In this document: piece by piece, positions 50,883 through 61,432 of the stretch
Numbering within the stretch: position 1 is the stretch's first letter
Layout of the letters: every line of letters begins with the position of its first letter
Source of the DNA: a virus
Taxonomy: Duplodnaviria; Caudoviricetes
Reading direction: 5' to 3' (one strand)
DNA: 64,000 nt
Virus record (IMG/VR): IMGVR_UViG_3300015263_000969
Location: 1,440 to 65,439 of that record
The notes under the pieces: model-generated
Seen by the model: only the letters and a program-made list of their open reading frames with translations
The model's database searches: none
What the model was told of the DNA's origin: nothing
Program-made: the position numbers and the translations under genes

Positions 50883-52364
50883 TCATGACTCCGCGTCCTC
50901 TCCGGGCTCCTCGCCCTCGTCATCATCGGCCGGCTCCTCATTGGCCGGCTCGTCCTCGGACTCCTCGCTCCGCACGTCAGGCACGCTCCCGCCGCCTTTG
51001 GCCGCCCGCCACGCCGCCAGATCCTCCTCGTCCGGTTCAGGGGCCGCCGGCAGTTCCTCGCGCGCGCGGAGGACGTTCTCGACCGGATCACCAGGCTTCA
51101 GCTTCGCGTCGGCGAGCAGCTTGAGCATCTCGGCCGCCGCCTTCGCGCTCGTCCGCGCGACGCTCTGGTGCTGGAGCGCTGGCATGAGCCTCTCGTCGGC
51201 GTAGCCGTTTCGCGCGAGCAGGTCGGACACGATATCGCGCTCGGCGTCGTCGGTGAGGTCATCCAGTGTGGCGTCGATTCGCGTCGTGAACAGGCTCGAC
51301 TTGTCGGTGCTGGCGCCGTAGGCGCCGCTCGTGCCGGACTTGCCCATGAGCAGGAACTCAGCGGACAGGACGATCGCCAGCGCGTGGTTCAGCTCGTCGA
51401 GCGCCTTGCCAAGTTCCGGGATCGAGCCGATCTGCTGGCGCACGGTCTCGATCGACCACTCGAACGTTCCGGCCGCCGGCCGCCGGGATCCGTCAGGCTC
51501 CTCGGCGTAGTAGGGCAGGGAGTCGAGGAGCAGCGAACGATTCGAGGTGACGACGCGGTTCTCGATCAGATCGCGAATCGGAGCGGTCTGCGACAGGACG
51601 TAGGCGCGGATTCCGGACACATCGTCGGCTGACAGCCCCCCACCGCCCTCGCCGACCTGCATCGTCGCCTGCTGCACGAGCTTGCTCAGCGGCGCGCGTC
51701 CGAGCGGGATCCCGTTGCAGTCCGTATCAAACGCGATGCCCTGGAGCTGGCGATAGCGCGCGTAGATGTCGGCGACCTCGACGAGATGACGGAGCAACCC
51801 GACGCCTCGCGGGTCATCGCCAAGTGCGCCCTCGACGCTGTAGAACAGGTCGTCGCGATCGATCAGCCATTCCTTGCCGGTCCGCGTCCGCTGCGCAACG
51901 CTCGTCCACGGAGCAGACTCGTCGGGCTTGATCCAGCGCTCGATCGACCACTGCGGCCGGTGTGCCAGTTCGGCGAGGACAATCCGCCCCGCATAGTCGC
52001 GACGCCACCCCTTGGCGTGCATCGAGAACCCACGGATGCGCTTGACGGCTTGGCGCTTGACGACCGACCTCCACCGAGTCGGCATGCGCGCGTCGAGGAG
52101 TCCGTCCTGCACGAGCTCGGCGGCGGCCACGGCGTCCAATCCACCCTTCGGATTCGGCGACGCGCTCCACTTCGCGCTGCCGGCCAGGTCGAGCCATATC
52201 CCGACGGCCGCGGCTACGACGGTCACGTTTGCGAGCAGGTTGTCGTAGGTCACCCATCGCGTCGCACCGGTGAGCTGTGACTTCTTCTCGCCCGTGTCGA
52301 GCAGGAAGCCGCCATAGCTAACCTGTCCGTCGGAGCCAGGGGCCTTGGTCGCGCGTTCGGGCAC
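50883..52364 (-). CDS. Portal protein (DUF935/Mu gp29-like)
   Basis: RGFSMH, LAHRPQWSIERW, DDPRGVGLLRHL, AEFLLMG..GTSGAYG; start set at GTG 52364 from promoter spacing. Confidence 0.85.
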   Translation of the reverse strand: MPERATKAPGSDGQVSYGGFLLDTGEKKSQLTGATRWVTYDNLLANVTVVAAAVGIWLDLAGSAKWSASPNPKGGLDAVAAAELVQDGLLDARMPTRWRSVVKRQAVKRIRGFSMHAKGWRRDYAGRIVLAELAHRPQWSIERWIKPDESAPWTSVAQRTRTGKEWLIDRDDLFYSVEGALGDDPRGVGLLRHLVEVADIYARYRQLQGIAFDTDCNGIPLGRAPLSKLVQQATMQVGEGGGGLSADDVSGIRAYVLSQTAPIRDLIENRVVTSNRSLLLDSLPYYAEEPDGSRRPAAGTFEWSIETVRQQIGSIPELGKALDELNHALAIVLSAEFLLMGKSGTSGAYGASTDKSSLFTTRIDATLDDLTDDAERDIVSDLLARNGYADERLMPALQHQSVARTSAKAAAEMLKLLADAKLKPGDPVENVLRAREELPAAPEPDEEDLAAWRAAKGGGSVPDVRSEESEDEPANEEPADDDEGEEPGEDAES

Positions 52365-52455
52365 GTGATGACGGTAGGGCGCCGGGGAAGCACGGGGCGA
52401 TTTCAGGCGCCGCGCAGGTCGACTCGAAACGTCGATCCGCGGTACAACCCGGACC

Positions 52456-52815
52456 GTGCAGACCAACGACTACCTACGCCAGATCGACCTCAACCCCACC
52501 ATCGGCGGCGTCGCCAACCCCATCGTGAACCCGCTCGATCCACGCGGCCTGTGCATGTTCGGCTTCGAGTCGACCGCGCAGGAGATCGTGAACCTCAGCG
52601 GTTCCACTGTCTTCGTCTCGTTCGACTACGAGTATGACCAGGGGATTCCCAGCGTCCCGCCGCCGACGGCGCCGAAGGCGCACGCGGTTCTGCTGGGCGG
52701 CGCGGCCGTCAGGCCCGAGCCGCACCGGCGCAGCCACTGCATCGTGTGGATGTACCCGGCCGGCGCCCCGGGCCAGGGCGTACCGGTCGAGGTTCGCGTT
52801 CACGCCTGGTCGTGA
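52456..52815 (+). CDS. Hypothetical protein divergent from the portal
   Basis: 119-aa beta-rich ORF with normal codon usage. Confidence 0.55.
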   Translation: MQTNDYLRQIDLNPTIGGVANPIVNPLDPRGLCMFGFESTAQEIVNLSGSTVFVSFDYEYDQGIPSVPPPTAPKAHAVLLGGAAVRPEPHRRSHCIVWMYPAGAPGQGVPVEVRVHAWS

Positions 52816-54509
52816 TCGACGGGGCCGAACGCGCGGTCGTTTTCGTCGACGTCGTCGACGAACGCCGTGGCAGAGTGTCCGGTTAGCGTAGCCGCGAACG
52901 CCCGAGCGTCGGCGAGGCGCGCCCTGTTCTCGCTCCGCTCGACCTCCTCGGCGGCCCGGATGACGGTGCGACCGGCCGGTGTGGCTGCAAATGCTGTCGC
53001 CGCGGCGACGTTCGACATGATGGATGCGAGCGAAGGCGAACGCCGCACCACGGTGTCCGTCCCTGCCCGCACCATCCCGACCACGTGCCCCCCATCGGCG
53101 CGCCGCTCGAGGTCCACGGCTTGTTCCGGGTGCGTAAACTCGAAGCGCGTTGGCTGCCCGGACGCCATACCGGTGAGGTTGACGCCGTGAGGCAGCCCCC
53201 GCGACCCGGGCTCGATGCGACGGTGCTCGCCGGTGACCGGGACGCCGAGCGGCGAATCCAGCGTGATGCCGTAGTCGATGCCGCTTAATCGTCGCATGAG
53301 ATCTCGCGGATCGGACGGTTCGACGGTCGCCGCTCGCGATCTCATCTCGACCGGTTCCCAGTCCGCCAGCGTGACCGTTCCCGTCGGTGTACCAGACTCG
53401 GACTGCACCGTGATGGTGGCCGCCCCGGCGCGTGGACCAGCGAACGCGCTGGACAGCGTGCCAGTCACCGAGAGCGTCTGCATCCTCCGCTCGCCCGGCC
53501 GCTCCGTCAACCCAATCGCATCCTCGAGCCCGACCACCTCGCACAGCACCTCGACAGCGCGCAGGCGCGCCGAGCCGCGCCCAGTCAGCCGCTCCGGCGC
53601 GCCAGCCTCGATCTCTGCCACGCTCCGTGCATCCTCGACGCGGTCGCCCTCGAGCAGCGCGTCGCTCGCCCGCGCGACGACCTCGCGGAACGTCCGCATC
53701 CACCGCCGCGCGTCGTGCCGGTTGTACGAGCCATCGGGGCGGCGCGGGGTGTAGCGCGCGGCTAGGGTGCCGAGGGTGGCACGGTGGCAGCGAGGCTCAG
53801 GCGTTGCCCAACTACCGACGTCCTCGGTTCCGGTTCCGCGTACGAGGCCGTACCGCTCGCGCTCGCTGCAACGATCACGCGCCGCTACCCAGTCCCGCGG
53901 CAGCGCTCCCAGGTGCTTTGTCGCGGTTGAGAGCGTGATGGGCTGCGGCTTGAGCAGGAACGCGACATTGCGCGCGAAGACGTCGAGGCTCGAGATCGCT
54001 GCCATGCGCCAGATCTGGTCGTCAGCGGCGCGCTTGCAGGCTTGGAGCGCCTCGTTGCCTGCATCACCCAAGCCGACCTTCGGCATGCCTGGCCAGGCGT
54101 CGATGTTCACATGGACGTGAGTGCCGCCATCCTCGAGTACGCACGCCGCCCTGATCGCCTCGTACGTCCGCCACCCCTCGACCTCTGGCTGCACAGTCTC
54201 CGCCGGCCAGCGCAGTACGACCGGGCCGACGCCGGCGATGGAGGGCATCCAGGAGCGCTGGAATCGGGCGTCAGGACGCTTCACTGCTCCGCCGGTCTCG
54301 GAAGCCGCCCACTGCCGGCCGGGCCGGCCTACGCGCAGCGGCCTCCAGCAGGCTCTCAGCATTGAGCCCTCGGCAAGCATGTCATGGGGAGGTAACGCAA
54401 GCCGTCCTCGATCGCGCCGGCCCAAGAACAGCCGTCTCTCCGCGGGCCACGGCTCGCTCAGGCGCCGCGCCAGCGCGTGGAGGGCGGCGATTTCGGAGGC
54501 GACGGTCAT
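52800..54509 (-). CDS. Large hypothetical protein between terminase and portal
   Basis: 569-aa ORF with GAGGAG RBS; no motif recognised. Confidence 0.55.
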   Translation of the reverse strand: MTVASEIAALHALARRLSEPWPAERRLFLGRRDRGRLALPPHDMLAEGSMLRACWRPLRVGRPGRQWAASETGGAVKRPDARFQRSWMPSIAGVGPVVLRWPAETVQPEVEGWRTYEAIRAACVLEDGGTHVHVNIDAWPGMPKVGLGDAGNEALQACKRAADDQIWRMAAISSLDVFARNVAFLLKPQPITLSTATKHLGALPRDWVAARDRCSERERYGLVRGTGTEDVGSWATPEPRCHRATLGTLAARYTPRRPDGSYNRHDARRWMRTFREVVARASDALLEGDRVEDARSVAEIEAGAPERLTGRGSARLRAVEVLCEVVGLEDAIGLTERPGERRMQTLSVTGTLSSAFAGPRAGAATITVQSESGTPTGTVTLADWEPVEMRSRAATVEPSDPRDLMRRLSGIDYGITLDSPLGVPVTGEHRRIEPGSRGLPHGVNLTGMASGQPTRFEFTHPEQAVDLERRADGGHVVGMVRAGTDTVVRRSPSLASIMSNVAAATAFAATPAGRTVIRAAEEVERSENRARLADARAFAATLTGHSATAFVDDVDENDRAFGPVDHDQA

Positions 54510-54591
54510 CGGCTACGGCTCCTCGATGGGCACGAGCAGGATCCCGGTGGCAGGTCACACGATCGTCGGGCATCGCCGAGATCGTCGGCGC

Positions 54592-54840
54592 TCACAGGAT
54601 GTGCCTTGCCAGGTGCTTCTCGACGACGTCCGCGAGATGCAGGCTGTCGGGCCAGTCGTTGTCACCGTGGCTATCGCAAACCCGACGCAGTGCCGCGCGC
54701 GTCTCTTCGCGTTCGCTGATCAGCCTAGCGATTGTGGACTGCGGATCGTCGCCATCGACGTCCAGGTTCCGCAGGCACTCGGTGAGCATCCGGCGCCACG
54801 CGGCGCGGTTGCCTTCGATGTAGCTTTTCTCGTCGGACAT
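54592..54840 (-). CDS. Small hypothetical protein with own leaderless promoter
   Basis: TCGACG-N17-TAGAGT-7nt-ATG 54840. Confidence 0.6.
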   Translation of the reverse strand: MSDEKSYIEGNRAAWRRMLTECLRNLDVDGDDPQSTIARLISEREETRAALRRVCDSHGDNDWPDSLHLADVVEKHLARHIL

Positions 54841-54894
54841 GCTTGTCACTCTACGCCTTCCGCACGCTTACGTCGACGGGAAATCATCGGTGTA

Positions 54895-56838
54895 TCACCC
54901 AGCCCTCGTCAGCACGATGGGCGATGCGCTGGCTTTCGCTGTCACGACCACCCGGTGCCGCGCGACGTACTGCGAGAGCGAATCCATCCGATCGCCGCGC
55001 TGCGACCCGGGCCACGAGCACACCTCGCCGATGAAACCGTCGTCGAGCGTCTTGCGGCTCGTGTCTACCTGAGCGTACAGCCACGGCGCGCCGTCGTGTA
55101 GCAGAATGTCGCCGCGCTCCCACGGAGCCACGAGTCCCTGGTTGCGCGCGGCCTTGCCCTCCTTCGGGTTCGCCAGGTGGATCTCGGGGCAAGCCGGTCG
55201 GCCGCTGGGCCCGAGGAGCGGCACGCGCTGGTCGGTCTTCGGGTCCAGGTACCAGCCGCGGCGGATCGCGGCGCGCAGTTCTGTCACAACTCCGGGGCCG
55301 GCCGCCTTGAGTTCCACGAGGATCTCGTCGAGGTCCCACACGGCCATCGCCGCGTAGATCGCCTGGTAGGTGCCGCTGACGTCCGTGACGAGCGTCCGGT
55401 CGTCGAGCACAAGCGTTTTCCCGCCGATCATCGCGTCCACTGTAAGGCCAACCGCCGACGGCTTCGATCCGGGCTTGATCTCGAGCGTGTTGTTCGCGTC
55501 CACCGAGAGCGTGCGCTTCGTGAGCTGCTCGCGCTTCACGACGACCGGCGGCATCACGGCGCGTCGGGGGCATCCCTCCGGGCGCTCGGGCAGCAGCGCT
55601 GGATCCTCACCCTCAAACACGAAGAACCGCGCGTGGTGCCGCTTCAGGATTCCGGCCACGACGCGCTGCGGGTTCTGGTTGTACTGGCTGTCGCGCAAGG
55701 TCTCGCCGCCGCCGGCCTGGAGCTTGTCCGCGAGCACGCCAGCCGTGATGTGCGGGTGAATGAGCTGCCCGGGCTCGGTACGCCACTCGATGCGGCCCCA
55801 CGGCGCGACCGCCGGCGCATCCTTCGGCCCGCGCCCGTACTCGGCCGGGATGCAGACCCAGATCCAGCCCTTCGGGTTGTGCGGCGACCAGCGCTTGCGC
55901 GAAAGCAGGTAGGCCGTGAAGTCCTCGACGTGGACCCGCTGCTGCAACACGAGTCGGATGCACCGCAGCTCGCTGTTGACGCGGTTCTCGATCGCCCTCG
56001 TGTAACGGTTCTGCGGCCGCAGCCGATCCGCCTCGCCCCACACCTTGTCGGCGTCATCGGGGTCGTCCAACGCGAACCCGTCGACGTGCGTTCCCGTGAA
56101 GCCGGCATTGATCGTCCGGCTCCGGCGCTTCCCGCCCGCGGTGGTCGCCCAGTCGCTGACTGCGTCGGTGTCGCGCTTCACGCCAAGGTCTGCGTCGGCC
56201 AGCCTGGCAGCCTCGCGCGCTGCGCGAGTACCATCGTCGTCGAGCGCCTCCATCTCCCAGGTGATCGAGAACGTCTCGCGGTACCACCTCGAGCGGACGA
56301 GGTCGCGCGTCGCCTTGGCGTCGCGGTCGACGTTGCTGTCCATCCCCGACGCGGCGCCGAAGCTGTAGGTCGGGCACCACAGCCAGATCCAGGCGTTCGC
56401 GATCACCATCGCGAGCGTGGACTTCCACGTCGACGGGGGGACGTTCCAGATCACGTTCTGCGCGAGCACATACCGGAACCATGGCTCCGGCTCGCCATCC
56501 TCCCAGGTGGCGCCCGTCGCCTCCCAGCACGCCGCCTGCCGCGCGATCATCGCCTGATGCTTGCGGAGCCACCGCTCACGCTCCTCCTCTGGCTCGTCCG
56601 CGCCGGGCCCGTTGGCCACGATCCAGCCCTCGAGCTGGAACTGAAGCGCGTCGCACAGCGCGTCTAGATGCGGGCCCCAGTCGAGTCGGCGCGTGCCGTC
56701 GACCACACCAGCGGCGACGGCCTGTTGCGCGAAGTCGGCGAGGGAGCAGCGGGCGATCTCTACCTGTGCCGCCCGGTAGTCGAGCATCGCCTTGGTGCGG
56801 CGTGCTACTTCAGTGCACGTTTCCCTGAGCGTCGTCAT
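54895..56838 (-). CDS. terL: Terminase large subunit
   Basis: NVPPSTWKST Walker A variant, FALDDP Walker B, QQRVHVED, SQYNQNP, LSVDAN, DRMDSLSQ. Confidence 0.9.
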   Translation of the reverse strand: MTTLRETCTEVARRTKAMLDYRAAQVEIARCSLADFAQQAVAAGVVDGTRRLDWGPHLDALCDALQFQLEGWIVANGPGADEPEEERERWLRKHQAMIARQAACWEATGATWEDGEPEPWFRYVLAQNVIWNVPPSTWKSTLAMVIANAWIWLWCPTYSFGAASGMDSNVDRDAKATRDLVRSRWYRETFSITWEMEALDDDGTRAAREAARLADADLGVKRDTDAVSDWATTAGGKRRSRTINAGFTGTHVDGFALDDPDDADKVWGEADRLRPQNRYTRAIENRVNSELRCIRLVLQQRVHVEDFTAYLLSRKRWSPHNPKGWIWVCIPAEYGRGPKDAPAVAPWGRIEWRTEPGQLIHPHITAGVLADKLQAGGGETLRDSQYNQNPQRVVAGILKRHHARFFVFEGEDPALLPERPEGCPRRAVMPPVVVKREQLTKRTLSVDANNTLEIKPGSKPSAVGLTVDAMIGGKTLVLDDRTLVTDVSGTYQAIYAAMAVWDLDEILVELKAAGPGVVTELRAAIRRGWYLDPKTDQRVPLLGPSGRPACPEIHLANPKEGKAARNQGLVAPWERGDILLHDGAPWLYAQVDTSRKTLDDGFIGEVCSWPGSQRGDRMDSLSQYVARHRVVVTAKASASPIVLTRAG

Positions 56839-57199
56839 CGAGCGGCACCTCTCCCTGCGCCTCGGCCGCCTTCTTCGCGGCGAAAGCGCGGAGTTCCATC
56901 AGCGACATGCCGCTGAGGTCCGGCAGTGGAGCGGCCTCGACGGTCTCGACGTCCACGACCAGCGGCGCCTTGCCCCAGAGCCGGTTCGCCAGGAAGTCGC
57001 AGGCCCACTGACGGCTCTTGGCATCGCCGCAGCCGGTTTCGGCGCCGCCCAGCACGCGTGCCGCGAACTCGATCAACTCGAGACCGCCGCGCGTCTCTTT
57101 GCTGACCATCTCGGCGGCGAGACGGCGCGCCCGAGCCTGGGCCTTTGTCTGGCCGCCTGGGTTGCCGGTCACGCCCTTCGGATAGCGATTGAGGCCCAT
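56810..57199 (-). CDS. Terminase small subunit (DUF5681-like)
   Basis: YPKGVTGNPGG...NRLWGKAP; overlaps the terL start. Confidence 0.7.
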   Translation of the reverse strand: MGLNRYPKGVTGNPGGQTKAQARARRLAAEMVSKETRGGLELIEFAARVLGGAETGCGDAKSRQWACDFLANRLWGKAPLVVDVETVEAAPLPDLSGMSLMELRAFAAKKAAEAQGEVPLDDDAQGNVH

Positions 57200-57231
57200 G
57201 CACCGAGTGTACTTCCTCCATGTGTTCTCGC

Positions 57232-57840
57232 CTACTTGGGGCGTGGCGCTGCGGCGTCAAGATCCTCCTCGTATCGGTGGCGATCGAGCACCTCCTGCGC
57301 GAACCGGATCGCGTGCGCGATGCGGGCGAGGGCGGCGCGCTTGACCTCGTCGCGCTGTGCCTTCGGCCGCTGCTGGATCTCCGGCGAGGCAGCGTGCGTG
57401 AGGTCGTCGATGCCGCGCGTGAGCCCCTTGATCGCGTCGCCGAGATCCTGGGTGTCGAGCGAGAGGTTGCTCTGCCGGCCGCGCTGGAGCTGGCCGTGGA
57501 ACCGCGTACGTCCATCCGCTTCCCTCCACGTCCGCTCGGCGATATTCACGCCGGATTTCACACCGGCGGCGCGACGATTTCCGACGAGCCTCGAGCATGC
57601 CGGGCAGCGGTATCGTCTGCTGTAGTTCGCGCACCCGGCCTCGGCGCACTTCCGCACACGGCGCCGCCGCCGGCGCAGGCGCCTCATGCTATCCCGCTGC
57701 CGCTCGAGCTGCTCCTCGCGGTGCCTTGCGCACCGATCGGCGCCATCGACCGGCGGCAAGCCACACTGGCCGTGGACGCACAGGTTCGCCTCGAGCCGAG
57801 CCTGGTAACCTCGGACGGGCGTGTTAGCGGGCTGGGTCAC
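57232..57840 (-). CDS. Cys-rich basic zinc-finger protein
   Basis: CVHGQC...CARH, CAEAGC...CPAC, Arg run. Confidence 0.6.
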   Translation of the reverse strand: MTQPANTPVRGYQARLEANLCVHGQCGLPPVDGADRCARHREEQLERQRDSMRRLRRRRRRVRKCAEAGCANYSRRYRCPACSRLVGNRRAAGVKSGVNIAERTWREADGRTRFHGQLQRGRQSNLSLDTQDLGDAIKGLTRGIDDLTHAASPEIQQRPKAQRDEVKRAALARIAHAIRFAQEVLDRHRYEEDLDAAAPRPK

Positions 57841-57886
57841 AGCACCTCCTCATCAATCGGAGCTTCCGTTGATGCGCAAACATAGC

Positions 57887-59382
57887 TTACCTGTCTACGA
57901 TCGGCCTGGTGCGCCCCGCCAACACCCCCCTCGCTTCCCGCAGCGCTGCCTGATCCTCTGGGGCCATATACCCGCCGGTCTCGGTGATGATGCGCTCGAG
58001 CTTGGCCAGGCTGGCAAGCGCGCGATGCGCATTGCCGGCTGGGCCGCCCACGAGGCCGCAAGCACTGCATCGCCACCATGGCGCGTGCTCCATCGCCGCG
58101 GTGCGCGCGAGACACGCGTCGCCGAGGCGGTCGCCTTCTGCGGCGAGTTCCGCCGCCTGACACCCCGCGCACGCCACATCGACCGGGCCGACAGTGCCGC
58201 AGCGGGCGCACTCCTCGCGCATCTCGGCCCGAGACGGCTCGCCGATGCGCGTCGCGCGCGGTACGGTGCAGGCGTCAGCCATAGTAGCGATCCTCGCCGT
58301 CGACGAAGAACTCCGATCCATCCTCGATGGCCCGGCACATCGCGGCATCGAGCATGTCGGTCAGCAGCGAAGACCCGTCCTCGCGTTCGTCGAGCATCGC
58401 GCGTCTGACGTCGACGGAAAACCCGCGCGCCTTAGAGATCGAAAACCGCTCCTCAGGTCGCGCCACAACCTCAACGGCGAGTCTCTCATGACGATGCACC
58501 TCCCAAGCGCGCGGCATCGCGCATGCCAGCGTGTCGACGCCGATCTCGATGCGCAGAACGCCGTCGCGCGTAACCGTGCAAGTCAGCGGCCTATGCCGCG
58601 GCTTCTTTCTCTTGCTCATCACCCTCTCGCTTCCTCGCCGCTCGGAGCGGCGGTTGGGGTCGGTTCGCATCCATCGCCACCGCACCGCGAGCAGTGGCCG
58701 CCTCCGAGGCAACCGAGACACCATGCCGCAGCCCACGGGCAGTCGGGCAGATGTTGTTCAGGCGCGACGTCTCCGCACTTGCAGAGGAGCGACGGGTGCA
58801 GTGGGTCGGCGGTGTGCCAGTCATTGGTTGACGATTGGCCGTCGCGATTCGGTGCAGCCACACCCTGCTCGTACACATCGTCGTACGGGCCGCCGTAAAC
58901 CTTGACCATCTTGGGCCGGTCGCCGGTTACCACTTTGATGGCCAAGCGCATAGCCTGACGCAGGTGCCAGCGAATACGGAGCAGGTGCGACCGGCGGCTC
59001 ACCGCGCACCTCGCCTTCCGTACACGCGCTCGTGCCTTTCGCGGATGGCTCCGACCGTGGCGCTCGCGATCTTGGCGCTACGTCGCCGCTGTTCGCGCAT
59101 CGCCTCGCGCAATGCACGGTCACGGCGCCCCGTGGCCTCGCTCGCGCCTAGGCAGATGCGATCGTTCACGGCTCGCTCGAAGGCATCGCGGATATCGCCC
59201 ATGCGATCCTGCATTTCGCGTCTAACGAGGCTGTCGATCTGATCCCAGATGAGATGGCGATGCCGCTTGCACATCGTGATTGCGATGTCGGCGAGCGTTC
59301 CGGTCACTGGCAGTTCCTGCGCTTTTCCCATCTCCTCACCATATCCATCCTCGTATGGGATTCCACTGAGATTGGCTGTCAT
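57887..59382 (-). CDS. Small hypothetical genes (57887-58282, 58275-58619, 58619-59002, 58999-59382)
   Basis: Coupled ORFs; several CxxC motifs. Confidence 0.55.
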
Positions 59383-60275
59383 GACACCGCCGTTAGCAGA
59401 TCCATCTGCTCCCTCGCGTGCGACCTGGCCCGTCGCGGCGCTGGCGTACCTACGATGATCACCTCGTCAACCTTGCCCCGCTTCGCCCCCTTGCTGCTCA
59501 CCGTACCCGGCCGCTGCACCACATCGATGCGCGCCCAGTTGTAGATCTGCCGCACGAGCGGCGTGTCGCTGTTCGACAGCAGGACGTTAACCCCGCGCTC
59601 CACGAGCGAGCGTGCCAGCTCGGCCAGCGAGCGCTGGTCATCCGACCCGAACCCGCCGGCGGTGTAGCTCGTGAAGCTCGCCGTCGTGCTCGCGGGTACG
59701 TACGGAGGATCGAAGTACACGAGGTCGCCGGGCTCAGCGTCGGCCACGGCGGAGGCGTAGGAGCCGCAGCGGATCTCGGCGCGCTCGAGGGCGGCGGACG
59801 CGGTTCGCAGGTTGTCGATGTCGAAGTCCATCGCGTTGAGCGAGCCATCGGCACGCCGACCGAGCGGCGCGTTCATCTCGCCCTTGGAGTTCACGCGCCA
59901 CAGTCCGTTGAAGCAGGCGCGGTTCAGGTAGAGGAACATCGCGGCCCGCTCGAACGGCCGCGGCGGGTGAGTCTCGCGCTCGTCGTTCCACCGCGCCCTG
60001 ATGCGCGCGTAGTGGCCCTCGTCATGGTACGCCGCGAGTAGCTGAGACTCACGGATCACCGCCTCCACGTCGACCGCGAGCGCCCGATACATCCCGATCA
60101 GGTCCGCGTTCAGGTCGTTCAGCACGGCGCGCTCGGGCGCGAGCCAGAAGAACAGCGCGGCGCCGCCGGCGAACGGCTCGTAGTAGCGGCCGTACGTGGC
60201 AGGCAGGCGCGCGAGCAGCTCGGGCAGGAGCTTCGTCTTGCCGCCGACCCACTTGACGATCGGGCGTGCGGTCAC
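59379..60275 (-). CDS. dam: DNA adenine methyltransferase (Dam/D12 class)
   Basis: KWVGGK, YEPFAGG, YLNRACFNGLWRVN, VYFDPPY, LLSNS. Confidence 0.92.
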   Translation of the reverse strand: MTARPIVKWVGGKTKLLPELLARLPATYGRYYEPFAGGAALFFWLAPERAVLNDLNADLIGMYRALAVDVEAVIRESQLLAAYHDEGHYARIRARWNDERETHPPRPFERAAMFLYLNRACFNGLWRVNSKGEMNAPLGRRADGSLNAMDFDIDNLRTASAALERAEIRCGSYASAVADAEPGDLVYFDPPYVPASTTASFTSYTAGGFGSDDQRSLAELARSLVERGVNVLLSNSDTPLVRQIYNWARIDVVQRPGTVSSKGAKRGKVDEVIIVGTPAPRRARSHAREQMDLLTAVS

Positions 60276-61432
60276 GACGGTGTCCATCCTGTGCGAAGCA
60301 TCGCTTCCGCTTCGGCACACGAGATGCGGTAGCGCTCCTCGTCGGTCACCCTGCCTCGAAGTTGCTCGGCCGCATAGAGTCGCGCGCCCAGAGCAAGAGA
60401 CCACGTAGCGCCGATTCCAAGTTCCACATGCGCGTCTGCTAGCGAGCATGGTGTGCTCGCTGCCAGCGCGCAGATGCGCGCAGCCTGTTCGCGTGTACGC
60501 TTGCTGATCTTGCTGCGACTCATCATGCGCCTGCTCCTGGCTCGTACTCGGTGAATGCGACGTGGAAGTACGGCAGGCTCGTCCACTGTCTCGGACGGCG
60601 GCCACTGATCCGGCTGTCCTGGTAGCGGTACCAGATTGTCGTGTGCGCCGCATCCGGTCCGCCACGGATCTCCTCGACGACGCACACGCGGCTCGTCCTG
60701 CGGTTCTGGTAGCGGTCGCCCTTGGCTGGTCGCTTCATCGCTCGGGCTCCCCGCATACTAAACAGGTCTGAGCCCAAGCGACGCGCCGAAGTCGAAGTGC
60801 GTGAGCGGTCGTTGCCTTTCGCGTTCTCCCACGCTCGCGCCGCGCTCGCCGCCACCAGCCCGGCGAAGCTCGCGCGATCCTCGACGCTCACATCCATATC
60901 CCCGGTGTGCACCCACACGGGATCGAACTGGCCGTTATCGTCAGGCGAGTTCAGGCGGCGGTCACTGGCCCAAGCGACGCCGAGGTGCTTCGCCTTGATC
61001 TTCTGCTCGCGTGTCAACATGAGCCCTCCTTGACCACCTGCTCGCTCTCCTCGCTCGTCATCGCTTCCCCCGTCGCGTGCGCCAGCGCTTGCGGTTGAGC
61101 ATCCTCGCCATGTCGGCGGCCATCGCCTTCGTGGAGCACCGAGCGACGATGCTGTAGGTGCTCCCTGTTTCCATCACATGCACCTCAACCCCATCGGCGA
61201 ACGCCTCTCCCTTGCGCACGCCGCGAGGCGGGTTGGCCGTCCAGCCCCAGCCGAGGTTCCTCACCTCCCACCTCCCATCCCCAGACATCGCTGGTAGCCT
61301 TCAGCTCGCCCAGGAACGCGTTTCGCTGCCCTGGCGCCGTGCACGCTGACCCCGGCTGTCGAGCGCGCTACGGGCTCATGGGCGATGGTCTGAGCGGCCA
61401 TAAGCAAACATCGTGCCGATCGGATGCTGTAG

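Noticed and set aside
52365-52466. Longer portal N-terminus given by the ORF track
   Set aside because: It contains the late promoter; spacing points to GTG 52364
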